From contig CAYWVD010000001.1 of the NCBI GenBank assembly GCA_964461915.1, positions 725,910 through 789,909 on the forward strand: a DNA stretch of 64,000 nt, read 5' to 3'. A program made the position numbers and the translations under genes. This document shows, piece after piece, positions 19,677 through 30,890 of the stretch; the stretch's first letter is position 1, and every line of letters starts with the position of its first letter. Below the pieces are notes generated by a model. It ran no database searches. It was not told the DNA's origin and was given only the letters and a program-made list of their open reading frames with translations. This DNA is from an uncultured Candidatus Saccharibacteria bacterium (GTDB lineage: Bacteria > Patescibacteriota > Dojkabacteria > B142 > OLB20).

Positions 19677-21416
19677 ATGAAAAAGAAAGTATTAATCGGA
19701 GTAGCCTGGCCATATGTAAATGGAGATTTGCATCTTGGGCATCTTTCGGGTTATTTACTCCCTGCTGATATTTTTGCCCGCTATCAAAGACAAGTCGGGA
19801 ATGATGTCTTAATGGTTTCTGGATCAGATTGCCATGGCACACCAATTACGGTAGCGGCAGACAAAGAAGCCAAATCTCCTAAAGAAATTGTTGATATTTA
19901 TCATAAAAAAGATATCGATCTTTTTAAACAGTATTGCTTAAGTTTTAATATATATACTAAAACGACCACGGAAAATCATAAGAAGACTGTTCAGAATGTC
20001 TTTTTGGACCTGCTTAAACAAAGATTCATCGTAAAAGATGTTATGAAGCAATATTTTAGTGAAGTTGATAAAAAGTTTTTGCCTGATCGTTATGTTGAAG
20101 GCGAATGCCCGCATTGCGGAGCAAAAGAACAAAGGAGCGATCAATGCGAAGCCTGTGGAAGGTGGCTAAAAGATGGTGAATTAATTTCCCCGGTGAGTAA
20201 GCTAACTGGGTCCCCAGTCAGCCTTAAAGATACTGAACATTACTTTTTAGACTTTCCTAAATTAGAAAACAAATTAAAGGGATTTGTCGAATCAAGAAAA
20301 ACCATTTGGAAGAGATGGGTATGGCAAGAGACCGATAGCTGGTTAAGCGAAGGACTCCAAAAACGAGCCATCACAAGAGATATGGATTGGGCTGTCGAAC
20401 TCCCAATTGAAGAAATTAAAAAACTCCCTGAAGAATTTCAACTATCTGATTTTACTGGGAAGCATATTTATGTTTGGTTTGAAGCTGTAATCGGATACCT
20501 TTCTGGGGCAATTGAATGGTCAGACTTATCCACAAGCAATGCACAACCAAACGACGAAATCATTTATTCTAAATTAGGCAATGAGTCAACCGATTGGAAG
20601 GATTGGTGGTTAAATCCTGAGGCGAAAATATATAATTTTATGGGTCAGGACAATTTAGTTTTCCATACTCTAATGTGGCCCGGAATACTCGCTGCTTCAA
20701 GTAGTAGTTATACTCTCCCCTACAATGTAGTTGTAAATAAATTTATGAACTATGAGGGCAAGAAGTTTAGTAAAAGTAGGAACTGGACCATCGATTCAAA
20801 ATTAGTTGCCGATCGCTACGGAGTTGATCTTATTCGTTACTACATCGCTTCGAATTTACCTGAAAACAAAGAAGCAAGCTTTACCTGGGAAGAATTTGTT
20901 GCAAGTGTAAACAATGAACTAGTCGCAAATCTAGGCAATTTGATAAATCGGACCTTAAAGTTTTTTGAAAGTAAATTCTCCGGGAAAATTGATTACCCAC
21001 TTTGGCAAATCAATCCCGATGTTCAAAAAGAAATTGAATCAGTGTATTCCGAAATGTCTTTGCACTTAGACAAATGCGAATTCGTCCCCGCACTCGAACG
21101 ATTAATGCAATTTACTCGCTTCGGTAACAAATTTTTTGATGAATCAAAAATATGGGAGGTTATTAAATCTGATCCTGATTCCGAAAAAGCCGTAGGACTA
21201 ATGCTAGACGAACTCAATATTGTTTTTCAGCTAATTACATTAATGGAGCCATTCGTTCCAAATTCAGCAGTTAAATTATCATCAATGCTTTCAAAGCAAA
21301 AAGCGTTTAATTGGGGACCTGAATATTTAAACCAATTAAAACTAACCAAAACTGTTGAGATTATTTTTAATAAACTCGAACCTGAAAAGGTTCTGGCAGA
21401 AAGGGATGTTGTATGA
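19677..21416 (+). CDS. metG: Methionyl-tRNA synthetase.
   Basis: Class I HIGH-type DLHLGHLSGY, zinc knuckle CPHCGA...CEACG, KMSKS-type KFSKS; ends TGA. Confidence 0.9.
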   Translation: MKKKVLIGVAWPYVNGDLHLGHLSGYLLPADIFARYQRQVGNDVLMVSGSDCHGTPITVAADKEAKSPKEIVDIYHKKDIDLFKQYCLSFNIYTKTTTENHKKTVQNVFLDLLKQRFIVKDVMKQYFSEVDKKFLPDRYVEGECPHCGAKEQRSDQCEACGRWLKDGELISPVSKLTGSPVSLKDTEHYFLDFPKLENKLKGFVESRKTIWKRWVWQETDSWLSEGLQKRAITRDMDWAVELPIEEIKKLPEEFQLSDFTGKHIYVWFEAVIGYLSGAIEWSDLSTSNAQPNDEIIYSKLGNESTDWKDWWLNPEAKIYNFMGQDNLVFHTLMWPGILAASSSSYTLPYNVVVNKFMNYEGKKFSKSRNWTIDSKLVADRYGVDLIRYYIASNLPENKEASFTWEEFVASVNNELVANLGNLINRTLKFFESKFSGKIDYPLWQINPDVQKEIESVYSEMSLHLDKCEFVPALERLMQFTRFGNKFFDESKIWEVIKSDPDSEKAVGLMLDELNIVFQLITLMEPFVPNSAVKLSSMLSKQKAFNWGPEYLNQLKLTKTVEIIFNKLEPEKVLAERDVV

Positions 21417-22438
21417 ATACCGTACCAACACCGGTTTTTGACCGGATCGAAACAACCCCCTCAATCCCACTCAATTTAACTATCCCGATTGCTGGAGACA
21501 TATCTATTCGTGTTTTTGATAATATAGAAGGCCCATTTAAAGCGACAACGGTTAATATAGGAGAGTTTAGTATTTCCCTACAAAAACCTATAGAAATACT
21601 TTCCCCGGAACGAAATGCATCACCGAATATCTCAGATGTATTAAATGCGGTCATAGGTGAAATGATTGATCGTGTTGGAGAAAACGATCTAAGAGGAACT
21701 GTAAGTCACAGCCTTAGAAATGTGTCTCAAAAATTTTTAAATATAGTTTTTTATCAAAATTTTCCACTAAAAAGTGCAGAGGCAACAACAGAAGATAATG
21801 AAGTGTTTATCCCTACTAATTTTGAACAAAGAGCTCAAGCTTGTATTGAACAATTTAAAATTTATAATGCCCTTACTTCAACAATCGAAAATCATGGCCT
21901 GATTGAAAGTGAACAATTCATCAAAATGCTTAATACATTTGGAGAAGCAATTTCTTTATTCGGAAGTCGTCCAGAACGGGCATTGACAATTTCAATAACA
22001 AAAGACAACTCAATCGACGATAAAGGTGTTAAGTATAGCCCCGAGCTTGCTTTCCATATACTAGAAACCATACGGAATTCGGCTAAACCAGAAGTGAGGG
22101 CTTCTCATATTGATATTGGGATAAAGATGAAAGACCATGAAAGTTTTGAGTTTACTGTATCAGATAATGGTGTAGGCTTCGATGATACAATTGTGCAAAA
22201 ATTCGGACAGGAGGGAAATACTAAAACCTCTGGAGGTACAGGACTAGGATTATATCAACTTTTAGAATTTTTAAGACAAAAAGGGGGCCATCTAGAAGTG
22301 AACACTTCAAATGTTAATAATGCATATATTATTCGCTTTAGAAATGACCTAGAAATTTTATCCATCACGAAAAATTCACCACCCCTTACTGGTACCTCGG
22401 TTAATATTACAATACCATGCTCAAGCTTGCAGACATAA
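21413..22438 (+). CDS. Soluble orphan histidine-kinase-like protein (degenerate H-box plus HATPase_c).
   Basis: VSHSLRNVSQ (H-box-like), N-box ILETIRNSAK, G1 DNGVGFDD, G2 GGTGLGLYQL; no TM and no adjacent response regulator; ATGA overlap with the metG stop. Confidence 0.55.
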   Translation: MNTVPTPVFDRIETTPSIPLNLTIPIAGDISIRVFDNIEGPFKATTVNIGEFSISLQKPIEILSPERNASPNISDVLNAVIGEMIDRVGENDLRGTVSHSLRNVSQKFLNIVFYQNFPLKSAEATTEDNEVFIPTNFEQRAQACIEQFKIYNALTSTIENHGLIESEQFIKMLNTFGEAISLFGSRPERALTISITKDNSIDDKGVKYSPELAFHILETIRNSAKPEVRASHIDIGIKMKDHESFEFTVSDNGVGFDDTIVQKFGQEGNTKTSGGTGLGLYQLLEFLRQKGGHLEVNTSNVNNAYIIRFRNDLEILSITKNSPPLTGTSVNITIPCSSLQT

Positions 22439-23304
22439 TAAAAAAGGGAATATTATTTGATTCGCATTCGCATTTTTCGGATATTTCAATAAGTCATGAT
22501 GAAATTTTAAGAGAATGCGAAAGTACAGGCGTGGAATATATCGTTGATGTTTCAACCGATTCAAAATCTCTTACAAAAGTACTTGGAACAAAGGCGAGTT
22601 ACAAAGATAAGATATTGGTGGCGGTGGGAGTGCATCCTGAAGTTTTAATTCCAAATACTTGTGTAGAATCTGACATTAAAACTAATTTAGACTTCGAAGA
22701 AGAAGTAAGAGTTTTAAAAGATTTCTTTGGTTTTAGCGATGAAAATAAGGTAGATTCGGCCGATTTGGTAGGTGAATGTGGACTTGACTATTTTCAATTA
22801 GACAGACTTGGACTAAATCCAAGCGAAAGAGCTCAGAATATTGAGAGGCAAAAACACCTTTTCAAACTTCATCTTGAGATTGCTTCTCAAAAGAACTTGC
22901 CAATAACCATTCATTCAAGGGCATCGGAATCTGATACTTTGAAAATGCTTGAAAATTACTTGGATAAAATTCCATTAATAATCCTGCACAGTTTTACGGG
23001 GACAGTTGAGGAGGCTCAAAAAGCCCGAGAGATGGGTATATATCTTGGAATAAATGGAATTATCACATACAAATCGGCCGAAAATGTCCGTTTAATAGTA
23101 AAAACTTTACTAAAAGGAAGAGAAATAAATACTCCAAAAGATTTGTATAACAATGGATTCCTTTTAGAAACCGACTCTCCTCTTTTAATGCCAAGAAATA
23201 TAAAAACAAAAGAAACACAAAATACCCCTGCAAAAATTAAAAATATTTGGGATTTTGTATATAATCTACTTAATGAGGAAAAGAATCCTAAAACCGGTAT
23301 TTAA
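22417..23304 (+). CDS. tatD: TatD-family metal-dependent hydrolase/DNase.
   Basis: FDSHSHF, GECGLDY, LLETDSPLLMP motifs. Confidence 0.8.
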   Translation: MLKLADIIKKGILFDSHSHFSDISISHDEILRECESTGVEYIVDVSTDSKSLTKVLGTKASYKDKILVAVGVHPEVLIPNTCVESDIKTNLDFEEEVRVLKDFFGFSDENKVDSADLVGECGLDYFQLDRLGLNPSERAQNIERQKHLFKLHLEIASQKNLPITIHSRASESDTLKMLENYLDKIPLIILHSFTGTVEEAQKAREMGIYLGINGIITYKSAENVRLIVKTLLKGREINTPKDLYNNGFLLETDSPLLMPRNIKTKETQNTPAKIKNIWDFVYNLLNEEKNPKTGI

Positions 23305-24202
23305 AATACTACTCTATTCAGTTTCTATTGCGTTTATCTGTGGATGTATATCTTTAATCTTATTGCAGATCAACCTACCATCCAAAGAAGATAAGACCAA
23401 CATCGATTATCCGGATGTGTTTGCTGACAATATAAGTTTGCATGAATTTGAATTTTACGAACAGTTTCAAGTTTCTTCAGCTGAGAACTTTAATACTCAA
23501 TACGATGTCACACCAAAGGCCCAGAAGCAAGGTACGGTAAGGATACCGGTATTAACCTATCATCATGTTGCACCGGTTCCCAACAATAGTGGGCGCGACT
23601 ATTTTGTTTCGCCTGAGATTTTTGAAGAGCAACTCGCTTATCTTTCCGAAAAAGGATATCAAACACTTACCCCGCAGGAGTTTTATGACATTTTAGCTAG
23701 CGGTAAAAACCCAATTCAAAAATCAGTTCTTCTTACTTTTGATGATGGAAATTTTGATAATTATAAATATGCATTCCCCTTATTGAAAAAATATCATATG
23801 ACAGGGACTTTTTATGTTCCTTCGCATCGTAGTGGGATTAAATCTAGCCAGTTAAAGGAAATGGCCGATGCCGGAATGGTAATTGATCCACATGGAAAAA
23901 CACATATGATGCTTAAAAATGTCACTAATTCTGACTCTCTTTACCAAGAACTTGTGGTTAGTAAAAATACATTGCAAAATCTTACAGGTAAAAAAGTGGT
24001 TTCGTTTTGCTATCCTGGATGCGAATACAATGGCTCAGTTACAAGCACACTCGCCTCAAATGGATATTTGGTCGCTTTTAGCTGCGGAATGAGTATTGAT
24101 CATAAACTTGGCTCTAGATTTGTTCTTTCAAGGATGCATGTTTACGATAAAATGGATCACTTCAAAAGCATCCTATCAGGAATTGGATATTACCCATATT
24201 AA
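23255..24202 (+). CDS. Polysaccharide deacetylase (NodB homology domain) with N-terminal TM. The true start is possibly the internal Met at 23273.
   Basis: VLLTFDDGNFDNYKYAFPLLKKY; H-containing motifs DPHGKTH. Confidence 0.75.
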   Translation: MYIIYLMRKRILKPVFKILLYSVSIAFICGCISLILLQINLPSKEDKTNIDYPDVFADNISLHEFEFYEQFQVSSAENFNTQYDVTPKAQKQGTVRIPVLTYHHVAPVPNNSGRDYFVSPEIFEEQLAYLSEKGYQTLTPQEFYDILASGKNPIQKSVLLTFDDGNFDNYKYAFPLLKKYHMTGTFYVPSHRSGIKSSQLKEMADAGMVIDPHGKTHMMLKNVTNSDSLYQELVVSKNTLQNLTGKKVVSFCYPGCEYNGSVTSTLASNGYLVAFSCGMSIDHKLGSRFVLSRMHVYDKMDHFKSILSGIGYYPY

Positions 24203-26863
24203 TTATTGAGGCCAAGATTCATACATTATTGTCTTTGATTCACCAGTGCATCTAGGAAGTTCTTGCCAAACCTTTTCAGTAATGAAAGGAATAAATGGGT
24301 GTAATAGTTTTAAATAAGTCTTTAATAGATATTGTAGAGTCCATTTGGCACTTGCCATTGATTTTTGTTCCTCCAGAGAAGTATTTATTGGATTACCCTC
24401 TTTATCTTTTGAATATATCCTTGGCTTTACTTGCTCAAGATATTGATCGCAAAAACTATGCCAAAATTCCTGATACAATTCGTCTGAAGCCAATCCTAGT
24501 CTGAATTTATTGATTTGTTCTTTAATCCTCTTTGATAAGTTTGATAGCTTTGTTATTTCTTGTTGATCAAGGGGATCAATTTCCGGTTTGTTATTAGGAT
24601 CTATATCATTAGTAAATCCTAAAACAAATTTACTGGCATTCCAGATCTTATTCAAAAATCTTTTGTAACCCTCTAATTTGTCGTAACTGACAGGATATCC
24701 AGCACCAGCTTTATTCCCAACTAAGTATAAAAGCCTTAATGAATCGGCGCCATACTTATCAATTAGAGTATCGGGCGAAATCACATTATTCTTAGATTTA
24801 GCCATTTTTTGGCCATCCGGCGCCTTCACTAGTCCATGCAAATACACATCTTTGAAAGGAATCTTCCCTTCGTGGTATAGGCCCAACATTATCATTCTAC
24901 TAACCCATAGCTCAAGGATATCGTAACCTGTTTCCATTATTGCTGTTGGATAGAATGTATCCATGAGGTGATTGGCGGTTAAAGTTGCATAAGGCCATTG
25001 GCCAGAACTAAACCATGTATCAAATACATCTTCGTCTTGGATCCAACCTTCGCCTGGAGATTCTAATTGAACCATTGCTAGGCCTTTGTTAACAGCATCA
25101 TTAATATCGGTTACATTCACTCCATTGATGCTCTCAATGATTTGTCCGTTTTCATCAACAGATTCGATGAGTTCACCCTTATACCAAACCGGTATTCTAT
25201 ATCCCCACCAAAGAGACCTTGAAACTGGCCAATCGCGAAGATTATTCATCCATAACAGGTATTTTTTAGTCATGTATGCAGGGTGAATGACAACTTCTCC
25301 GGATTCAACTGCTTTGATTGCAGGGCCTTTTAGTTTTTCAACATCCAAAAACCATTGTGAAGACATAATTTGTTCAATAATTGCTTTAGACCTTTCCCCA
25401 ATCATTATCGACTGTTGGATCTTTTCCGTCTTTACAACTAGGTCGCCTAAGTCTTGAATTACAATTTTCCTACACTCTTCTGTTTTGATCCCGATATATT
25501 TTTCCGGAATAGGACCGGCCATTTTGGCTTTTTTATCTATGACATTTACATATCCAACCTTTTTATCAGGATGAGATTCGTTCCACTCATTACACATGAC
25601 ATAATCATCATAAGAATGAGCAGGAGTAAGTTTTACTGCTCCGGTTCCGAATTCCTTGTCGACTCTAGTCGAAGTAATGAACCTTATTTCACGATTAATA
25701 ATAGGAAGAATTGCCTTCTTTTCTAAAAGTGAAGTAAACCTTGTATCGGTAGGATTAACAGTTATTGCGGTATCACCAAGCATTGTTTCTGCTCTTGTTG
25801 TTGCGACAGTAACATAATCGGTCTCTTCTAAATCTTGGAGTTCAATTGCGATCATACCATTTTTATTGATCTTTTCGGCATAACCTTCGGCAAGAGAATC
25901 ATACATCTGATAAAGCTTTTCATAAGATTCAGGTTTTCCTGATCCTGTTTTGATCCAATCATTTTCAATTAGTGCCTCGTTAAGGTCTTTAAAAGTCCTT
26001 ACTGCCTTAACTTTTTTGTATACATGATGAACTTTTTCACCACTCTTTTCTACGCAAACAATAAGATCACCTTCAGAAATATCGCCAAAATATCTATTTG
26101 GTTCTTCAGGATTTAAAGCACGAGTTTCTATTGTCTTAATATTTTCTTTTATGCTTTTAAGAGTATTCTCGTTATAGAAAGACAAGTACCAGGCTCGTTT
26201 GTGAATAATTGGATACTTTACATAAACCAAATCGCTTTCACGATCAAGTCTTTCGGTATCAATATCGGCAAGAGTAGTCTGAGCTTTAGGGTCCCAATTA
26301 ACTATTCGGACACCTTTGTAAACCATGCCGTCTTTGAACATTTTCATAAAAGTCCCAAGGACTGTGTCAACAATTTTAGGATCAAGGGTAAAAAGGTTTC
26401 TATCGAAATCCGAACTTAAGCCAATTCTTTGTTCATCAGCCATAATATTTGGCATCATCTCAACAAAGTGGTCATAAGCCTTTTTGTAAAAAGCCTCTCG
26501 ACCAAGAGCATATTTTGATTTCCCTTCTTTTTGATAAAAGATTTTTTCAAGAACTACCTCGCCTTGGATTCCAGCATGGTCTTTACCGGGCTGCCCTAGG
26601 ACCTTCTTACCAAGCATTCTATTGAATCTTAAAAAAACATCTTGATATGCATAACCTGATACATTCCCGATATGTGGCCGCATATATGCATTTGGAGGAG
26701 GGTTAACAATACAAAACGATTCTCTTTCATCTGCCTTCATTTCTTCTTCACTCAAAAGCCCCTTTAGGGAGTGGTATTCAGGTTTAAAGAATTTATTATC
26801 TAACCAATATCGGATAATGTCTTTCTCAATGTCTATTGGTGAATACGGTCCTTTGTTCAACAT
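24203..26863 (-). CDS. valS: Valyl-tRNA synthetase.
   Basis: PPPNAYMRPHIGNVSGY (HIGH region), GKDHAGIQ, KMAKSKNN (KMSKS), 886 aa with CP1 editing insertion. Confidence 0.85.
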   Translation of the reverse strand: MLNKGPYSPIDIEKDIIRYWLDNKFFKPEYHSLKGLLSEEEMKADERESFCIVNPPPNAYMRPHIGNVSGYAYQDVFLRFNRMLGKKVLGQPGKDHAGIQGEVVLEKIFYQKEGKSKYALGREAFYKKAYDHFVEMMPNIMADEQRIGLSSDFDRNLFTLDPKIVDTVLGTFMKMFKDGMVYKGVRIVNWDPKAQTTLADIDTERLDRESDLVYVKYPIIHKRAWYLSFYNENTLKSIKENIKTIETRALNPEEPNRYFGDISEGDLIVCVEKSGEKVHHVYKKVKAVRTFKDLNEALIENDWIKTGSGKPESYEKLYQMYDSLAEGYAEKINKNGMIAIELQDLEETDYVTVATTRAETMLGDTAITVNPTDTRFTSLLEKKAILPIINREIRFITSTRVDKEFGTGAVKLTPAHSYDDYVMCNEWNESHPDKKVGYVNVIDKKAKMAGPIPEKYIGIKTEECRKIVIQDLGDLVVKTEKIQQSIMIGERSKAIIEQIMSSQWFLDVEKLKGPAIKAVESGEVVIHPAYMTKKYLLWMNNLRDWPVSRSLWWGYRIPVWYKGELIESVDENGQIIESINGVNVTDINDAVNKGLAMVQLESPGEGWIQDEDVFDTWFSSGQWPYATLTANHLMDTFYPTAIMETGYDILELWVSRMIMLGLYHEGKIPFKDVYLHGLVKAPDGQKMAKSKNNVISPDTLIDKYGADSLRLLYLVGNKAGAGYPVSYDKLEGYKRFLNKIWNASKFVLGFTNDIDPNNKPEIDPLDQQEITKLSNLSKRIKEQINKFRLGLASDELYQEFWHSFCDQYLEQVKPRIYSKDKEGNPINTSLEEQKSMASAKWTLQYLLKTYLKLLHPFIPFITEKVWQELPRCTGESKTIMYESWPQ

Positions 26864-26904
26864 AATTGTACAATAATCAATTTATCAAGTAATTATATCA
26901 TTTT

Positions 26905-28125
26905 TTAGGCACCAAACAATTCGGCCAACCCCATTAAATCAATAACTATTGGCATTAAGTTTTCACCTTTAATATGCCCTAGTCGGCCTTTTGCACACTC
27001 TTTTTCATTAAAGTGCTCTACATCATCGTCTCTAATATCACTTGCGAACATAGTAACTGGAACATCATCTGCACTATGCGCCTTCAAATTACATGGAGTT
27101 GAATGATCCGCAGTTATTACAATTAAAGCATCTTCAATTTTTAGTAGAGGCTCTATGGCTGAATCAATTTTCTCGATAAACTTCACCTTGCCTTCGTAAT
27201 CTCCATCTTCTCCAAGAGTGTCAGCTCCTTTAAAGTGAACAAAAAAGAAATCATATTTATTATAAAGCTCAATTAACTTCGTGATCTTTGTTGTCAGGTC
27301 AGAATCCGGCTTCCCAGTAGCGCCAATAACTTCGGGAGTGTCCATCCCAATCAATTTCGCTATACCTTTGTAAAGTCCACCACCAGCTAGACATACAGCA
27401 TTTAGTCCATACTTGTCTTTGAATGATTTTAATTGTGGAGTTATGCCCGCACCTCTTACTAGGAAATAGTTTGCAGGAAGTTTCCCCTGTTTTTCTCTTT
27501 CAATATTCATTGGAAGTTTTTTTAGAACATCAAATGACATTTTCAGGAATTTTTCTAAAACTTGGCATGTGAATTTAGCTTCGGCTGATTCATCAAGTGG
27601 TTCGGGCAAATGCACCTTGACGCCTTCTTTATGAGGATCGCAATCCCTAATCTTTGAACTTAATCCTTTGCCTCGCATAATGAAGCCAACACGATGTCCT
27701 ACTGCCTTTTTCAGAATGAACTCAACACCATCGATTTTGGTATGATTCAAGGCTTTGATAATTTCTTCTGTATCATCAATCCTACCGGCTCTTCTGTCTA
27801 TTACATTCAATTCATCGTCAACTGTCCCCATATTTGCTCTAAAAGAGATGTCACCCGGAAGCATTTCCATTCCAACACCTGCGCATTCAAAAGGGCCTCT
27901 GCCAGTGTAATAGACATCGGGATCGTATCCTAATAAAGCCAGATGTGCTGTATCGCTACCCGGTCTCACCCCAATATCAACTGTATTCATAGCACCAGAA
28001 ATACCCATCTGAGCCAATTTATCTAAGTTTGGAGTTTTTGCGAATTCGAGAGGAGTTTTTCTTCCTAACTCTTTAACTGGCCTATCACCTAGACCATCAC
28101 AAATTATCAAGATCGTTTTTTTCAT
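26905..28125 (-). CDS. apgM: 2,3-bisphosphoglycerate-independent phosphoglycerate mutase, archaeal type (alkaline-phosphatase superfamily).
   Basis: MKKTILIICDGLGDRP N-terminus; 406 aa; apgM-type motifs. Confidence 0.85.
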   Translation of the reverse strand: MKKTILIICDGLGDRPVKELGRKTPLEFAKTPNLDKLAQMGISGAMNTVDIGVRPGSDTAHLALLGYDPDVYYTGRGPFECAGVGMEMLPGDISFRANMGTVDDELNVIDRRAGRIDDTEEIIKALNHTKIDGVEFILKKAVGHRVGFIMRGKGLSSKIRDCDPHKEGVKVHLPEPLDESAEAKFTCQVLEKFLKMSFDVLKKLPMNIEREKQGKLPANYFLVRGAGITPQLKSFKDKYGLNAVCLAGGGLYKGIAKLIGMDTPEVIGATGKPDSDLTTKITKLIELYNKYDFFFVHFKGADTLGEDGDYEGKVKFIEKIDSAIEPLLKIEDALIVITADHSTPCNLKAHSADDVPVTMFASDIRDDDVEHFNEKECAKGRLGHIKGENLMPIVIDLMGLAELFGA

Positions 28126-28164
28126 TCTTTGGAAAAAATTAAATTATATTAAATATACTAAGCC

Positions 28165-28884
28165 ATGAACATTTTAACAGAACTTACAAACTTTTTATTA
28201 GATTTAATTTTTCCAAAAAACTGCTTTTTTTGTTCAAAATTTGGTTCATATATATGTAAGGACTGTGAGCAAAAACGCTTTTTACATTTCAAAAAAAGGA
28301 AATGCCATGTCTGCCATGGTGAACTTAGGAGTTCTACACAATTTATCCACAACATTTGCAGAAAGAATACCCACTTGGATGGCGTGTTTACCTCATATAT
28401 ATTAAACAACGATCTTAAAAAACTTATCTATGCAATAAAATACAAATTTGAAAGTGAAGTATTGGTAGATCTCGGCCCCTTTTACAAATTAACAATTGGG
28501 AATATTCCAATCAAATATGACCTTATCTCTTTTGTCCCCTTAGATAAATATCGAAGGAATTGGAGAGATTTTAATCAAGCAGAAATTATTGCCAAGAAAA
28601 TCTCATGGAAAGCCCTGCCAATCCTTACCAAAACAAAAAAGACTATTCAGCAAGCAAAGTTAAATAAAAAAGAAAGGCACAAAAACTTGAGCGGCTCAAT
28701 TAAAGTAATATCACCCAATTTGGTTAAGGGGAAAACCATCTTGCTTTGTGATGATGTTTATACTACTGGCTCAACATTAGAACTATGTGCTTCAATACTA
28801 AAATCTGCTGGTGCAAAAAGGGTTTATGCGTTTACTTTAGCTATCGATGAACTACCTGCCGACATCCCTTCTCAAATTGAATGA
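28165..28884 (+). CDS. comFC: ComF-family protein (zinc finger plus phosphoribosyltransferase domain).
   Basis: N-terminal CxxC...CxxC; PRTase motif ILLCDDVYTTGSTLE. Confidence 0.75.
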   Translation: MNILTELTNFLLDLIFPKNCFFCSKFGSYICKDCEQKRFLHFKKRKCHVCHGELRSSTQFIHNICRKNTHLDGVFTSYILNNDLKKLIYAIKYKFESEVLVDLGPFYKLTIGNIPIKYDLISFVPLDKYRRNWRDFNQAEIIAKKISWKALPILTKTKKTIQQAKLNKKERHKNLSGSIKVISPNLVKGKTILLCDDVYTTGSTLELCASILKSAGAKRVYAFTLAIDELPADIPSQIE

Positions 28885-28929
28885 TGTTTCAAAAGATAGT
28901 ATCCTGATATTGATTATTTAAAATAGATT

Positions 28930-29910
28930 ATGAACGACAAATATTATCGAGATATTAAGAAGTTTCCACTACAATTCTCAAAAGGACTAGAACTTGCCGG
29001 AGGGACTAAGGTTGATGGCGATTTTGACCGAATAATTCTTTGTGGAATGGGTGGAAGCTCATTTTTCGTTCATCTGATCAATGATCTTTTGGCCCAGTTA
29101 CCTGAAGTAAAGTTCAAAGTGGAAGCTGTTAAAGATTATTCTTTGCCAAAAAATTCTGATTCAAATGCTCTATATATTTTATCCTCAGTTTCTGGAAATA
29201 CCGAAGAAGTTCTATCCTGTTTTGATCAAGTTGAAGCAAGGGGTTATAGATGTTTTGTTTTAACTGCCGGAGGCGAACTCCTAAATAGGGCAAATTCAAA
29301 AAAAATCCCAACAGTTGTTGTCCCTCTTGATACCCAGCCTCGCCTTTTAACCGGATATTTAATAGCTGTTCTGCTTAAAGTATTAGTAAATAGCGCTTTA
29401 TTAGATTACGATTTCGATTTTCTGACTGAAATATTTTCAAAACTCGACGAAAATCTTGATGAGCAATATGCAAAAGACCTGGCCAAAGATCTGTTTAACA
29501 GTGTGCCAATAGTTATTGGATCTGAAAATAATTCATCTGCTGCACTTTTTACTAAGATTAAATTCAATGAGAATTCAAAGATCCCAAGCTATTGGAATAT
29601 CTTTCCAGAAATAAATCATAACGAAATGGTCGGCTATACAAATATGTTGCTTCCTGCCCATTTTTTAATTCTAAAAAGTAAATTCAGTCACCCAAGAATC
29701 CATAAACGAATTGAAGTTTTCAAAACTCTATTTCAAAGTAAAGGGAATAAAGTAACTGTAATTGAATTAAAGGGTGACAGCGTCCCCGCTGAAATATTTA
29801 ACATGCACTACCTCGCCGATCATATAACTTACTACCTCGCAAACGAATACAACATAGACCCAGAGCCCGTAGCAATGGTTGAAGAGTTTAAGGGGTTACT
29901 CAATAGATAG
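28930..29910 (+). CDS. Bifunctional phosphoglucose/phosphomannose isomerase (SIS domain, archaeal-type).
   Basis: ILCGMGGSSF, second SIS half; 326 aa. Confidence 0.75.
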   Translation: MNDKYYRDIKKFPLQFSKGLELAGGTKVDGDFDRIILCGMGGSSFFVHLINDLLAQLPEVKFKVEAVKDYSLPKNSDSNALYILSSVSGNTEEVLSCFDQVEARGYRCFVLTAGGELLNRANSKKIPTVVVPLDTQPRLLTGYLIAVLLKVLVNSALLDYDFDFLTEIFSKLDENLDEQYAKDLAKDLFNSVPIVIGSENNSSAALFTKIKFNENSKIPSYWNIFPEINHNEMVGYTNMLLPAHFLILKSKFSHPRIHKRIEVFKTLFQSKGNKVTVIELKGDSVPAEIFNMHYLADHITYYLANEYNIDPEPVAMVEEFKGLLNR

Positions 29911-29922
29911 TTTATTTCAGGA

Positions 29923-30270
29923 TTAAAGCTTTTGTACTGGATCATATACAGGGCATTGTTTTTTCCTACCAATTTGGCAATTGGCACATCTAGCCCCAGC
30001 CAATAAAGTTAACTCATTTAAAAAGTAAACATTTACGGGATCGTCCACTAGAAGTTCGCATCCTTTTGGCGCTTCAACTATATATGTTCTTTCTGGGTTA
30101 ATATAGCCTTTTTGAGTTTTTGGTGCTAATTTTGAATTAGTATAAAATCTATCTGGGTTTTGGATAATTTGACCAATAGCCACCACAGCTTCATTTGGTA
30201 AAAGAATGACTTCGGTTCCGCCTCTTTGATGTTCAACCCCAACCACCTTACAACCTACACCATCAGGCAT
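29923..30270 (-). CDS. Hypothetical small protein with a C-terminal CxxC (possible Zn site).
   Basis: ARCANCQIGRKKQCP; no family assignment made. Confidence 0.45.
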   Translation of the reverse strand: MPDGVGCKVVGVEHQRGGTEVILLPNEAVVAIGQIIQNPDRFYTNSKLAPKTQKGYINPERTYIVEAPKGCELLVDDPVNVYFLNELTLLAGARCANCQIGRKKQCPVYDPVQKL

Positions 30271-30286
30271 TTCTTATCCATAAGAA

Positions 30287-30889
30287 TTATTCTATGCAGC
30301 AATCAACAGCTTTTTTAACTAAGTCTCCGAGTTTACTGAAAAGATTTTTATTTTCAGGCTTTTCGGATTCTTTCGATTTTAATTCGGCTTTTGATGCTGT
30401 GGGAGCAGTATCCTTAATTATATCATGCTTATTTAAAGCTTGTGAAGGGATTTTCTTGACATCTGAGACATCGATTAAGTTTAGGTTAAGACCCCAGAAG
30501 AGTGAGTATAGTTCATAAGAGTTCTTGAAAATTTCCTCCGCTTCTTCCTTTTTACCTTGAGATTGTAGTTTGGTCCCGTATTCCATTACACGCATACTGG
30601 CTGCTAATAGATGTTTTGAGATGCACCATACTTCGCCTTCGTAATCTTTGATTATTCTCTTTAATAGATTTTTTCGCATCTCGCGGATCTGCATAAGAAT
30701 ATCATAGTATTTGTTGTCGCCTGTTTTTGCGCCGGTAAAGAAGAAATGCTCTTCCATGCTAATTAAATTCATTATGGCAATTGAAAGATCCTCATCTGCC
30801 GAAAGATCTTTTAAATTTTGTTTTTTTGCATCTAGGGCTTTTTTAATGAATTCGTCGATCTTGTCTGTTTTAATTGTTTGATCGGACAT
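30287..30889 (-). CDS. Hypothetical cytoplasmic protein.
   Basis: No recognisable motifs; Lys/Glu-rich. Confidence 0.45.
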   Translation of the reverse strand: MSDQTIKTDKIDEFIKKALDAKKQNLKDLSADEDLSIAIMNLISMEEHFFFTGAKTGDNKYYDILMQIREMRKNLLKRIIKDYEGEVWCISKHLLAASMRVMEYGTKLQSQGKKEEAEEIFKNSYELYSLFWGLNLNLIDVSDVKKIPSQALNKHDIIKDTAPTASKAELKSKESEKPENKNLFSKLGDLVKKAVDCCIE

Positions 30890-30890
30890 T